Below, in pieces: positions 27,681 through 36,200 of a DNA stretch of 45,288 bases. The stretch's first letter is position 1. Each line of letters opens with the position of its first letter. The stretch comes from Candidatus Tectomicrobia bacterium RIFCSPLOWO2_12_FULL_69_37. GTDB lineage: Bacteria; UBA8248. The notes beneath the pieces were generated by a model. It ran no database searches. It had not been told where the DNA came from and saw only the letters and a list, made by a program, of their open reading frames with translations. A program made the position numbers and the translations under genes. The stretch lies in assembly GCA_001790955.1 (NCBI GenBank), contig MGDP01000220.1:1-45288 (forward strand), given 5' to 3'.

Positions 27681-28505
27681 CTAGGGCGCCTCGTTCAAGT
27701 CCCAGTCGTACCCGTGGTCCGCGATGCGGGAGAACTTCGCGAGCCGAGCGGCCAGATGAGGCGAGGCATAGCGGCGCAGGTGGGCGAGGACCCCAGCGTC
27801 GCTCCCGCCGAAGTCCTCCGCGTACCAGTGGTAGATGCTGGAGACGACGGGGCCGTACTCCGTCAGGCGGACGCCCCGGGGATGATTCACGTAGGCCCGC
27901 GCCCCCTCGGTGAGCATGGCGTCCGCCGTCCCGGCCGTGAAGGGCGCGGGGGCGAGGTTGGGGCAGCCGACCGAGGCGCAGTTCACGGCATAGTGGATGC
28001 GCGGGTCCCGCCAGATGGGCCGCAGGATGCGGTGCTCGATGTCGTCCAGGCTCAGCGCCTCCCCCTCCACCCGGACGAGCTTCTTCCCCCAGGGCCCCAC
28101 CGCGAACCAGCCGGGCGAGATGTTGATCCGCAGGATGGTGTTCACGGGGTGGTGGCCGAGGATCACCTGGACGGTCAGGGCGTTGTAGAGGTTGATCCAG
28201 TAGGCGAGCTGCTCGGGACGGCTCAGGAGGCTCACGGCCATCCCGCTCAGGCGCTGGACGTAGCCCGAGAGCGCCTGCCTGTCCCCGGGCGCGACGCCGC
28301 CGTAGCGCACCCGGTTCACTCCGTCTCCGCCGCGCACGAGGTACTTGGAGAGGAACCTTCCCCACTCGGCGTGGTCCACCCGGACGGCCGAGGCAGGGTC
28401 ATGGGCCAGCCAGCGCTCCCAGAGCTCCGCCTTGGGCACGGCCCAGGCGGGCGGGGCCAGTGCAAGGCAGAAAGCCAGAATCCCCAAGGCCGGCCGACGT
28501 CGCAT
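27681..28505 (-). CDS. secreted DUF547 domain protein
   Basis: Signal peptide; LAYWINLYNA, SLDDIEHRILR, DPRIHYAVNCASVGCP, YDWDLNE. Confidence 0.88.
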   Translation of the reverse strand: MRRRPALGILAFCLALAPPAWAVPKAELWERWLAHDPASAVRVDHAEWGRFLSKYLVRGGDGVNRVRYGGVAPGDRQALSGYVQRLSGMAVSLLSRPEQLAYWINLYNALTVQVILGHHPVNTILRINISPGWFAVGPWGKKLVRVEGEALSLDDIEHRILRPIWRDPRIHYAVNCASVGCPNLAPAPFTAGTADAMLTEGARAYVNHPRGVRLTEYGPVVSSIYHWYAEDFGGSDAGVLAHLRRYASPHLAARLAKFSRIADHGYDWDLNEAP

Positions 28506-28570
28506 CTCACCTCCCTCCGCGGCGAGTCCCTTCTTGCGGGAACACCCGGAGGGGGAATTTATTCGCCCCG

Positions 28571-28607
28571 AAACGAAGCGGCCGCGGCCCCGGAGGGCCG
28601 CGGCCGC
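28571..28607 (-). terminator. probable terminator downstream of the methyltransferase-ligase gene
   Basis: 13-bp perfect stem gcggccgcggccc/gggccgcggccgc with 4-nt loop; minus strand continues ttcgttt. Confidence 0.6.
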
Positions 28608-28628
28608 GGGCCGTTTGTCTTCCGGCGG

Positions 28629-30626
28629 TTACCGCCCGCTGCCGTTCATCGGCACCAGCTCCCCGGCCGCCTCCTCCTTGCGCTCGGCCGGCAGGGCGTC
28701 GAGGCCCAGGCGCTGCTCGGCCGCCCGGAGGATGGCCTCGAGCATCCCGGCGTAGGGGACGCCGGCGAACTTGGCCATCTTGGCCAGGTGGCCGTCCCAG
28801 CACCAGCCGGGGTTGGGGTTCACCTCGAGGAGCTTGGGGTTCCCCTCGCCGTCCAGGCGCCAGTCGAAGCGGGCGTAGTCCCGGCAGCCCAGCCGCTCGA
28901 AGAGCTTGAGGCAGGCGTCCACCATCCGCTTCTCGGTGACGTCGGGGAGGCTGGCGGGGATGGAGCGCAGCCGGGCGTAGGGTGAGTCCGGGTCCCACTT
29001 GGCCTCGTAGCCGCAGATGCGGGGCAGGTCCTCGGGCAGCTCCGAGTAGTCTTCCTCGCTGACGGGGAAGACGGTGTAGGAGACGCCCGGGTTGCCGATG
29101 ACGCCCACCGTCAGGTCCGAGCCGGCCAGGAACTCCTCCGCCAGGATGGGCTTCTCGTAGCCGTACTTGCGGTGGAGCTCGGTGACCACGTTGAGGAGCT
29201 CCTCGTGGTCGTGCACCACACTCCGCTGGGTGATGCCGAAGCTGGAGTCGCCGAAGTTGGGCTTTACGATGGCCGGGAAGGCGAAGGGCATCTCGTAGGT
29301 GGACTCGCCCGGCCTGATGAAGAAGGCCTCCGGAACGGGGATGCCCATCTCCTGCGCGATGCCGCGCACCAGCGACTTGTCGTAGCAGTAGGCGAGGCAC
29401 TGCGGGCCCGCCCCCGTGAAGGGGATGCCCAGCGCCTCGAGCAGGGCCGGGACGTGCAGCTCCTTCAGGGGGTCGTTCCCCAGCCCCTCGTCGCAGAGGT
29501 TCAGCACGAAGTCGGCCTTCCCCTTCAGCTTGCCGAGCTCGCCGATGAGGGAGTCGTGGTTGGAGAGGTAGAGGAAGTGGTACTCCTTCAGCTCCCGGAG
29601 GGCCGCCTTCATCTGGTCGATGGTGTAGAGGTCGTCCTCGTCGAAGACGGCGGCCGGCTTGACGATGTCCTGCTTGGCCGGGTCGCCCATCACCACCGCC
29701 ACGGTGCGGACGGCCTCCTTGGGGCGCTTGCGGACGGGGGTCCACTCCTTGCGGGCCACCGCGGCGAGGATGATGCGCCGCTCCATCATCCCCAGGTCCT
29801 GGTTGCGCTGGGAGCCGGTGGCGATCTCCCCGTGGACGACGGCGTCGTGGAACCCGGCCGCCTTGAGCAGCTCGGCCAGCTCCGCCCGGCTGTAGAGCCG
29901 CTCGGCGTAGAACTGGTCCACCAGCACCCCCTTCTCGACGTGGGTCACCACCTCGCGGGAGATGAGCCGGTGGCCGTCCGCCGAGAGGGCGCGCTCGCGG
30001 CAGACGAAGTACTTGTCGTCCAGCCACTCCCAGGAGCGGGGCTGGAAGTGCTCCCGGAGGTACTCCCCGTCCGAGACGTCGATGAGGAGCTTGCCCCAGG
30101 GCTTGAGCACCCTGCACACCCCCTGGAGGACCTTCAGGTCCTCGTTGGCGGTCTCGAAGTAGCCGAAGCTGTTGCCCAGGATGAGGGCCGCGTCGAAGGT
30201 GTCCGGCGGGTAGGAGAACTTGCGGGCGTCCCCCTCGCGGAACTTGACCGGGAGGCCCTCCTTCTTGGCGATGCTCTTGGCCTTCTGGATGAGGAAGTGG
30301 GAGCGGTCAAGCCCCTCCACCCCCCGGAAGCCCCGGCGGGCCAGCTCCAAGGCGTGGCGGCCCTGGCCGCAGCAGAGGTCGAGGATCCTGTCTTCGGGGG
30401 AAATCCGGAGAACTTGGGCGAAATGCTCGACTTCCTGGCGGGTGATGCCCGGGTCGGCGACGACGTCGGAGTCGGTCTTGAGATAGAAGGAGTTGAAGAT
30501 CCCCCGCCACCATTCGGGCGGGACGTGCTCCTCCAGGTTGGCGACGGGGCCGAGCGCGCGCTTGCGGTGCTTGCCGTTCTTGGCGGGAGCGGCGGACTTT
30601 CCTGGTGCCGGCGGTTTGTCGCTCAT
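28629..30626 (-). CDS. class I SAM-dependent methyltransferase fused to D-Ala-D-Ala-ligase-like ATP-grasp domain
   Basis: ILDLCCGQGRH, GNSFGYF; ATP-grasp IPFTGA, YDKS, IVKPNFGDSSFGI, EEFL, YARFDWR, LEVNPNPG. Start MSDKPP at 30626. Confidence 0.88.
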   Translation of the reverse strand: MSDKPPAPGKSAAPAKNGKHRKRALGPVANLEEHVPPEWWRGIFNSFYLKTDSDVVADPGITRQEVEHFAQVLRISPEDRILDLCCGQGRHALELARRGFRGVEGLDRSHFLIQKAKSIAKKEGLPVKFREGDARKFSYPPDTFDAALILGNSFGYFETANEDLKVLQGVCRVLKPWGKLLIDVSDGEYLREHFQPRSWEWLDDKYFVCRERALSADGHRLISREVVTHVEKGVLVDQFYAERLYSRAELAELLKAAGFHDAVVHGEIATGSQRNQDLGMMERRIILAAVARKEWTPVRKRPKEAVRTVAVVMGDPAKQDIVKPAAVFDEDDLYTIDQMKAALRELKEYHFLYLSNHDSLIGELGKLKGKADFVLNLCDEGLGNDPLKELHVPALLEALGIPFTGAGPQCLAYCYDKSLVRGIAQEMGIPVPEAFFIRPGESTYEMPFAFPAIVKPNFGDSSFGITQRSVVHDHEELLNVVTELHRKYGYEKPILAEEFLAGSDLTVGVIGNPGVSYTVFPVSEEDYSELPEDLPRICGYEAKWDPDSPYARLRSIPASLPDVTEKRMVDACLKLFERLGCRDYARFDWRLDGEGNPKLLEVNPNPGWCWDGHLAKMAKFAGVPYAGMLEAILRAAEQRLGLDALPAERKEEAAGELVPMNGSGR

Positions 30627-30838
30627 CCTTTCCTTTCCCCCCCTCCGTGCTTCATATGGATACGGGCGGAAACGAGCTTGGGGGGCGTCTCCCCCCGCGC
30701 CCCGCGCACCGTCCGACCCCCACGGCGGACGGCCTTCCGGGGCCGATGGCGCAAATGTAGCCCAAACCACGGATTTTGCACTAAGTTTTTTGCCCCGCCC
30801 GCAAAAAACTTGGGGCCGGGGAAAGGCGGGGCGGGGGG

Positions 30839-31816
30839 CTACTTCTCCTCCCCCCTCCCGAACCGCTCGAGGCCCCGGCGGAACTTGACGCAGGGGTCCT
30901 CGCGGGGATGGGGGGCGGTGAACCAAAGGGCGTCGTAGGCCCCCGGGCGGGGCAGGTAGGCTTCGGGCCGGCGCTTCTCCGGGCGGACCTCGGCGAAGGC
31001 CAGGGCGAACTGCCCGGCCTCGGGCATGAGAGAGGCGAGATCGGGCGGGATGCCCGCGGCCCGGTCGGCGTGGCCCGCCCCCGTGATGAGCACCGCCCCA
31101 TCCGCCTTTCCCCGCGGGGCCCGCAGGGCGCGGGCGAGGGAGAGGGCTATCATCCGGTTCCGGGCCCGCCAGGCCTCGTAGAGCCCCCCCAGCCTCTCCT
31201 TCGGGATGACCCGGCAGTGGGACTCGTAGAACTCCTCCAGCATGGCCGCCCGCCGCGCCGGGTCGGGGGGCCCGAGGGCCAGCTCCTTGGCGAGGGGGGC
31301 CGGAAGCTCCCCCAGCCCCCGCCGGGCCACCTTCGCCGCCAGCTCGCGCGGGAGGTCGGTCGCCAGGACGGGGAGCCCGGCCCGGTGGGCGGCCTCGACG
31401 AGCGGGGCGTAGAGGGACCAGTCCGGCCACCCCCGGCGCCGCCAGCCCGTCACCTCGGGGATTTTGGAGAGGTCGGCCCGGGGATCGGCCAGGAGCTTGG
31501 CGAGGGCGGGGGCCGCGTCGGTGGTGAACATCTCGAAGCCCAGCGCGGGCCTCCGCCCGCGATCCAGGAGGGCGATGTAGGTCCTGGCCTGGAGCTGGTG
31601 GTGGACCGGGTTGTCGTGGACCTCCCCCAGGTAGACGACCCGGGCCTGGACCATCCACTTCCAGAGGGCCTCCTCGGCCAGGAACCCTCCCCTCCACCAG
31701 ATGCGGCCGAGGAGGGGGTGCTTCTCCTCCCCGGCCCCCAGGGCGGCGGCCGCCCCGCTCAAGGCGAAGACGGCCAGAAGCGCACAGGCCAGAAGGAGGG
31801 GAGGACGTTTCTCCAT
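30839..31816 (-). CDS. ChaN family (haem/iron-uptake associated, DUF399-like) exported protein
   Basis: Signal peptide; VYLGEVHDNPVHHQLQ, LGFEMF, WPDWSLYAPL, SHC, ITGAGHA. Confidence 0.82.
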   Translation of the reverse strand: MEKRPPLLLACALLAVFALSGAAAALGAGEEKHPLLGRIWWRGGFLAEEALWKWMVQARVVYLGEVHDNPVHHQLQARTYIALLDRGRRPALGFEMFTTDAAPALAKLLADPRADLSKIPEVTGWRRRGWPDWSLYAPLVEAAHRAGLPVLATDLPRELAAKVARRGLGELPAPLAKELALGPPDPARRAAMLEEFYESHCRVIPKERLGGLYEAWRARNRMIALSLARALRAPRGKADGAVLITGAGHADRAAGIPPDLASLMPEAGQFALAFAEVRPEKRRPEAYLPRPGAYDALWFTAPHPREDPCVKFRRGLERFGRGEEK

Positions 31817-31898
31817 CAGGGGCAAGGCGTCACCTCGGAGAAGGCGGGCTCGGCAGGGCGGCCGGGAGGGAGTATATTCCGCCCCGAGGAGGAAAGGG

Positions 31899-32411
31899 AT
31901 GCTCCGGATCGACCCCATGACGAGCGGCGCGGACCTCGAAACCGCCCGGGAGCTTCTCGGCGAGTATGCCCGGCTGCGCGACGTCTTCACCTGCTTCGAC
32001 CGGGCCGGGCGCCACCACAAGGAGATGACCGAGCTGCGGGAGCTCTACAGCCCCCCCTCGGGCGCCTTCTTCCTCGCCCGGGAGGAGGGCCGGCCCGCCG
32101 GCTGCATCGGCCTCCGGGACCTGGGCGGCGGCGTCTGCGAGATGAAGCGCCTCTACGTGCGGGACGCCTTCCGGGGCCGGGGCATCGGCCGCAGGCTCGC
32201 CGAGCGCCTCGTCGGGGAGGCCCGGCGGATGGGCTTCCGCCTCATGCGGCTCGACTCCCTCGCCTGGATGAGGGAGGCCCACGCCCTCTACCGCTCCATG
32301 GGCTTCCGCGAGATCCCGGCCTACCACGACCGGGGCCAGCCGGGGGAGATCTTCATGGAGCTGGACCTCGGGGTCCCGGCGCCCCGGCCCGCGTCCGCCC
32401 CCTTGGCCTAG
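31899..32411 (+). CDS. GNAT family N-acetyltransferase
   Basis: GCIGLR, CEMKRLYV, RGRGIGRRL (acetyl-CoA motif A), LYRSMGF; RBS gaggagg. Confidence 0.92.
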   Translation: MLRIDPMTSGADLETARELLGEYARLRDVFTCFDRAGRHHKEMTELRELYSPPSGAFFLAREEGRPAGCIGLRDLGGGVCEMKRLYVRDAFRGRGIGRRLAERLVGEARRMGFRLMRLDSLAWMREAHALYRSMGFREIPAYHDRGQPGEIFMELDLGVPAPRPASAPLA

Positions 32412-32827
32412 CCCCTCGCCCCCAGGGCCCGGGCCGCCGCCCGCTGGTCCTTGGGCTTCACCCAGAAGATGAGGGCGAAGCGCTGCTTCCCGGCGCAGAG
32501 ACCCGTCACGGCCGTCACGTTGATCTTGGCCGCGCCCAGCTTGGCCATGACCCCCGCCAGCGCCCCCGCCCGGTCGCTCCCCTGGACCAGGAAGGCCTTC
32601 TTCTTCGCGCTGACCCGCAGCCGGGCCCCGCGCGCCGCCCGCAGGAAGGCCGAGTTCTTGGCCGGCACGAAGTCCACCTGCACCCGGTTCTTCCCTGCCG
32701 GGAAGGCGTGGACGGCGAGGAAGCTCACCCCCGCCTTGCGGAAGGGGTCGAGCATCTTCGCCCCGGCCCCGGGCTTGTCGGTCGAGGTGATGTAGAAGTA
32801 GTCCACCGTCTTGATCAGGTCGGCCAT
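32408..32827 (-). CDS. small protein with tandem ACT-like domains
   Basis: TDKPGAGAKML...GVS and SDRAGALAGVMAKLGAAKINV, typical ACT patterns; RBS aggaga. Confidence 0.75.
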   Translation of the reverse strand: MADLIKTVDYFYITSTDKPGAGAKMLDPFRKAGVSFLAVHAFPAGKNRVQVDFVPAKNSAFLRAARGARLRVSAKKKAFLVQGSDRAGALAGVMAKLGAAKINVTAVTGLCAGKQRFALIFWVKPKDQRAAARALGARG

Positions 32828-33120
32828 GATCGGTCTCCTTCTCGCTCAGGGCGGGCGCACGGCAGGTCTTTCCGCCAATATACGCCCTCGCGTCCCATCG
32901 CGCAGGAAAGCCTCGCCAGGGAAAGCGCGGCCCCCCCCTTCCCGGCCCGTGCCCCGCGGCCCTGGCGCCGCCCTCCCGGGCGCCGCCTTTTTCCTGCCGG
33001 AATATCCCGGAAATTCCCGGAAAGCCCCAGACGCCCGGGCCTTTTCGCCGGCGCGGCCTTTTCTCGCGCGAACGCCCGCTCAAACGGTGGACATCCCCTC
33101 AAGGACCTCGATCCAGGGAT

Positions 33121-33242
33121 GTCGGGGGCGAACCTCGCGTCCGCCCGGTCCAGCCGCTGGCGGGAGGGAGCGAATACGGCTCGGCTGAGCCTTCGGCCCG
33201 GGCTCAGGCCGAGGGCTCGCCGAAGTCGAGGTTCGCCCCTAC
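33121..33242. repeat. REP/inverted-REP pair with doubly nested mini-insertions
   Basis: gggggcgaacctcgcgtccgccc ... gcgaata[cggctcggctgag{ccttcggcccgggctcaggccgaggg}ctcgccgaagt]cgaggttcgcccctac. Confidence 0.8.
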
Positions 33243-33422
33243 AGGCGAGGCGAGCCGCCACCCCGCCGCCGGAGAGGATACCCCCCGCCTCCCGAGAGCT
33301 CCTACCTCAATTTCGCGCAGGTTCCGGGAAATCGAAACGAATCCCGGGAAAAAAAGCATGTGCTAAAATGACGCCAACCATTGCCTTCGGAAGCCGGCAT
33401 GGCCCCTGCAGGGGAACCCGAG

Positions 33423-34895
33423 ATGGAGCATCGTCCCGTTGAGCGCAGACTGGCCGCCATCCTCTCTGCCGACGTCTCCGGTTACAGCCGCCTCATGGGA
33501 GAGGACGACGAGGCGACGCTGCGCACCCTGAGCGAATACCGGGAGCTTCAATTCTACCTGATCGGCCATTACCGGGGCCGGGTGGTCAACGCCCCGGGGG
33601 ACGCCCTCCTGGCCGAATTCTCCAGCGTGATCGATGCGGTGACCTGCGCCGTGGAGATCCAAAAGGCCCTCGCCGAGCGCAACGACCGGCTGCCCGAGAA
33701 CCGCCGCATGGAGTTCCGCATCGGGGTCCACCTGGGCGACGTGCTGGTCAAGGAGGGGGCCCTCTACGGAGACGGCGTCAACATCGCGGCCCGGCTGGAG
33801 GGCCTGGCCGACGGGAGGGGGATCTGCATCTCCCGGGCGGTTTACGAACAGGTCGGGAAGAAGCTCGACTGCGAGCTGGAATACCTGGGCGAGTACCTGG
33901 TCAAGAACATCGCCGAGCCGGTCGAGGTGTACGGCGTCCGGGTGTTCCCGGAGGATCGCGCCCCGCGCCGCAGGCGCCGCGCACTTACGGTGTGGCAGGG
34001 AGCGGTCCTCGGAACAGCCGCAGTCCTCCTGATCCAGGGCGCGGCGTGGTGGTTTTGGAAGGACGACCTGGCCTTCCATCTGCGCGAGTCGCCCGCCAAG
34101 CCCGGCCTGACCGGGGAGCTCCGGGCGCGCCTCGCCGTGAAGCCCCTCCCCGGCGATCTTTCCTCCGGCAAGACGTTCCGGCATTGCGGGGACTGCCCCG
34201 AGATGGCTGTGATCCCGCCGGGGAGCTTCACCATGGGCTCCGCGCCGGACGAGAAGGAACACCGCCCCGAGGAAGGCCCTGCGAGGCTCGTGGCCATCCC
34301 CAAGGCGTTCGCGATGGCGCGATTCGAGACGACTTTCGCCCAATGGGACGCGTGCGTGGCCGACAGCGGCTGCGCCCACGTGCCCCAGGACAGGGGCTGG
34401 GGCCGGGGCAACATGCCCGCCATCTACGTCCATTGGCAGGACGCGCAGGACTACGTCAAATGGCTGACCCGCCGCACCGGGCGGACCTACCGCCTTCCCT
34501 CCGAGGCGGAGTGGGAGTACGCGGCGCGCGCGGGTTCGCAGGCCTCATTTTGGTGGGGGAAGGAACTGAAGCCCGACCAAGCGAACTGCGACCGGTGCGG
34601 CAGGAATCCCTCCCGGCAGACCGCCCCCGTGGGCTCGTTCCCGCCCAACCCCTTCGGCCTGTTCGACATGCACGGCAACGTCTGGGAGTGGACCGCCGAT
34701 TGCTGGAACGGCACCCTCGCCGGGGCCCCCTCCGGCGGCGAGGCCTGGACCTCCGGGCAATGCGATCTCCGCGTCCTGCGCGGGGGCGCCTGGGGGCTCG
34801 CGCAGGAGAGCATCCGCGCCGCCCGCCGCATTCCGGGCAAGCTGGATGCCCGCAGCGGAAAGCAAGGCTTCCGCGTGGCGATGACCTTGCCCTGA
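33423..34895 (+). CDS. class III adenylate/guanylate cyclase - TM - FGE-sulfatase (SUMF1/EgtB-like) domain protein
   Basis: RRLAAILSADVSGYSRLM, GDA, RIGVHLGDV, GDGVNIAARLE; one TM; CPEM..IPPGSFTMGS, RLPSEAEWEYAARAG, NPFGLFDMHGNVWEW, RGG, GFRV. Confidence 0.9.
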   Translation: MEHRPVERRLAAILSADVSGYSRLMGEDDEATLRTLSEYRELQFYLIGHYRGRVVNAPGDALLAEFSSVIDAVTCAVEIQKALAERNDRLPENRRMEFRIGVHLGDVLVKEGALYGDGVNIAARLEGLADGRGICISRAVYEQVGKKLDCELEYLGEYLVKNIAEPVEVYGVRVFPEDRAPRRRRRALTVWQGAVLGTAAVLLIQGAAWWFWKDDLAFHLRESPAKPGLTGELRARLAVKPLPGDLSSGKTFRHCGDCPEMAVIPPGSFTMGSAPDEKEHRPEEGPARLVAIPKAFAMARFETTFAQWDACVADSGCAHVPQDRGWGRGNMPAIYVHWQDAQDYVKWLTRRTGRTYRLPSEAEWEYAARAGSQASFWWGKELKPDQANCDRCGRNPSRQTAPVGSFPPNPFGLFDMHGNVWEWTADCWNGTLAGAPSGGEAWTSGQCDLRVLRGGAWGLAQESIRAARRIPGKLDARSGKQGFRVAMTLP

Positions 34896-35040
34896 AGACC
34901 CCGCCGCCGGTCCGGGGAGAGGCATTTTTATCCGGACTGGGCAGGCCGATCCCCCGATTTTCTCCGGCTTGACCCCCTCCCCCCCGCTGGGGGAACATGG
35001 CCGCTGTATGACCTGGTCATCCCTTCTCGGAGAGCGGCCC

Positions 35041-36174
35041 ATGCACCTTCCTTATGACGGCGCCAAGCTGGACCGCCTGATGGAGGAGGCGGGGGTGGAC
35101 CTCGTGCTGGCCTTCACCCGGCACAACATCCGCTACCTCTGCGGCGGCTACTACTACCACTTCCACGAGCGCTTCCAGGCCATCGCGGAGGCCCAGTACA
35201 CCCCCCTGCTCGGGATCCCCCGGGGGAAGCCCGGGGAAGCCTTCCTCGTCGGGGGGAGCGGGGAGTTCGGCCAAGCCAAGGCCGAGAAGCTCTGGGTGCC
35301 CGAGATCATCCCCACCGAGCGCCACCCGGCCGCCGCCGCCCGGGAAGCCGCCCAGGCCATCCGCAAGCGGGACCTGGGGAGGAGCACCATCGCCGTCGAG
35401 CGCGACTTCCTGCCCGTGAGCGCCATGGACGTGCTCCAGAAGGAGCTCCCCGGGGCTCGCTTCGCCGAGGCGCTCGGGCTCCTCGAGGAGCTGCGGGCCA
35501 TCAAGCGGCCGGACGAGATCGACATCTTCCGGCGCATCACCCAGACGGACTCCCTGGCCATCCAGACCGCCTTCAAGACCGCCAATCCCGGGGCCACCAC
35601 CCGCCAGATCGCGGCCCGGCTCGAGCAGGAGATGACTGGCCAGGGCGTGCACTTCCTCTGGGCCTTCACGGCGGCGGGGCCCGGGATGCTCCGGGCGCCC
35701 TCGGAGAAGGTGTGGGCCGAGGGCGAGGTGCTCCACCTCGACGCGGGCGGGGAGCAGGCGGGCTACCTGACCGATGTCTGCCGCATGGGCTGCCGGGGGG
35801 AGCCCTCCCCCCTCGCCCAGGAGCTTTTCCAGGCCTGCCTCGCCACCCAGGACAAGGTGCGCGCCGCCATCCGGCCCGGGGCCCCCGCCGGGGCGATCTA
35901 CGGCCTCGGCTGCAAGACCATCCAGGAGACGGGCCACGGGAAGCACGGCCAGTTCCTCATCCACGGCATGGGCCTGGTCTCCCACGAGCAGCCCCGCTTC
36001 GGGGCCGGCGCCCCGCGCAGGCTCGAGGCCGGGATGGTCATCTCGATCGAGACCGACATCCGCCACCCTGAGGTGGGCTACATGAAGATCGAGGACACGG
36101 TGGCCGTCACCCCCGCGGGCTGCGAGGGGCTCGGCGACCTGGGGCGGGACCAATGGGCCGTCGTGGCCGCCTGA
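35041..36174 (+). CDS. M24 family (Xaa-Pro peptidase/creatinase-like) metallopeptidase
   Basis: LRAIKRPDEI; metal ligands LDAG...YLTDVCR, HGMGLVSHEQP, SIETD, KIEDTV. Confidence 0.9.
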   Translation: MHLPYDGAKLDRLMEEAGVDLVLAFTRHNIRYLCGGYYYHFHERFQAIAEAQYTPLLGIPRGKPGEAFLVGGSGEFGQAKAEKLWVPEIIPTERHPAAAAREAAQAIRKRDLGRSTIAVERDFLPVSAMDVLQKELPGARFAEALGLLEELRAIKRPDEIDIFRRITQTDSLAIQTAFKTANPGATTRQIAARLEQEMTGQGVHFLWAFTAAGPGMLRAPSEKVWAEGEVLHLDAGGEQAGYLTDVCRMGCRGEPSPLAQELFQACLATQDKVRAAIRPGAPAGAIYGLGCKTIQETGHGKHGQFLIHGMGLVSHEQPRFGAGAPRRLEAGMVISIETDIRHPEVGYMKIEDTVAVTPAGCEGLGDLGRDQWAVVAA

Positions 36175-36200
36175 CCGCCCGGCGCCGGCAAAAGGAACTC

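Noticed and set aside
30627-31697. Apparent 357-aa N-terminal extension of the methyltransferase-ligase ORF (1022 aa in the track)
   Set aside because: Overlaps the ChaN gene in another frame and is low-complexity; a good RBS precedes the ATG at 30626.
32408-32411. Convergent GNAT and ACT genes sharing a CTAG stop overlap
   Set aside because: Common 4-bp convergent overlap; no evidence of a toxin-antitoxin or other functional pairing.
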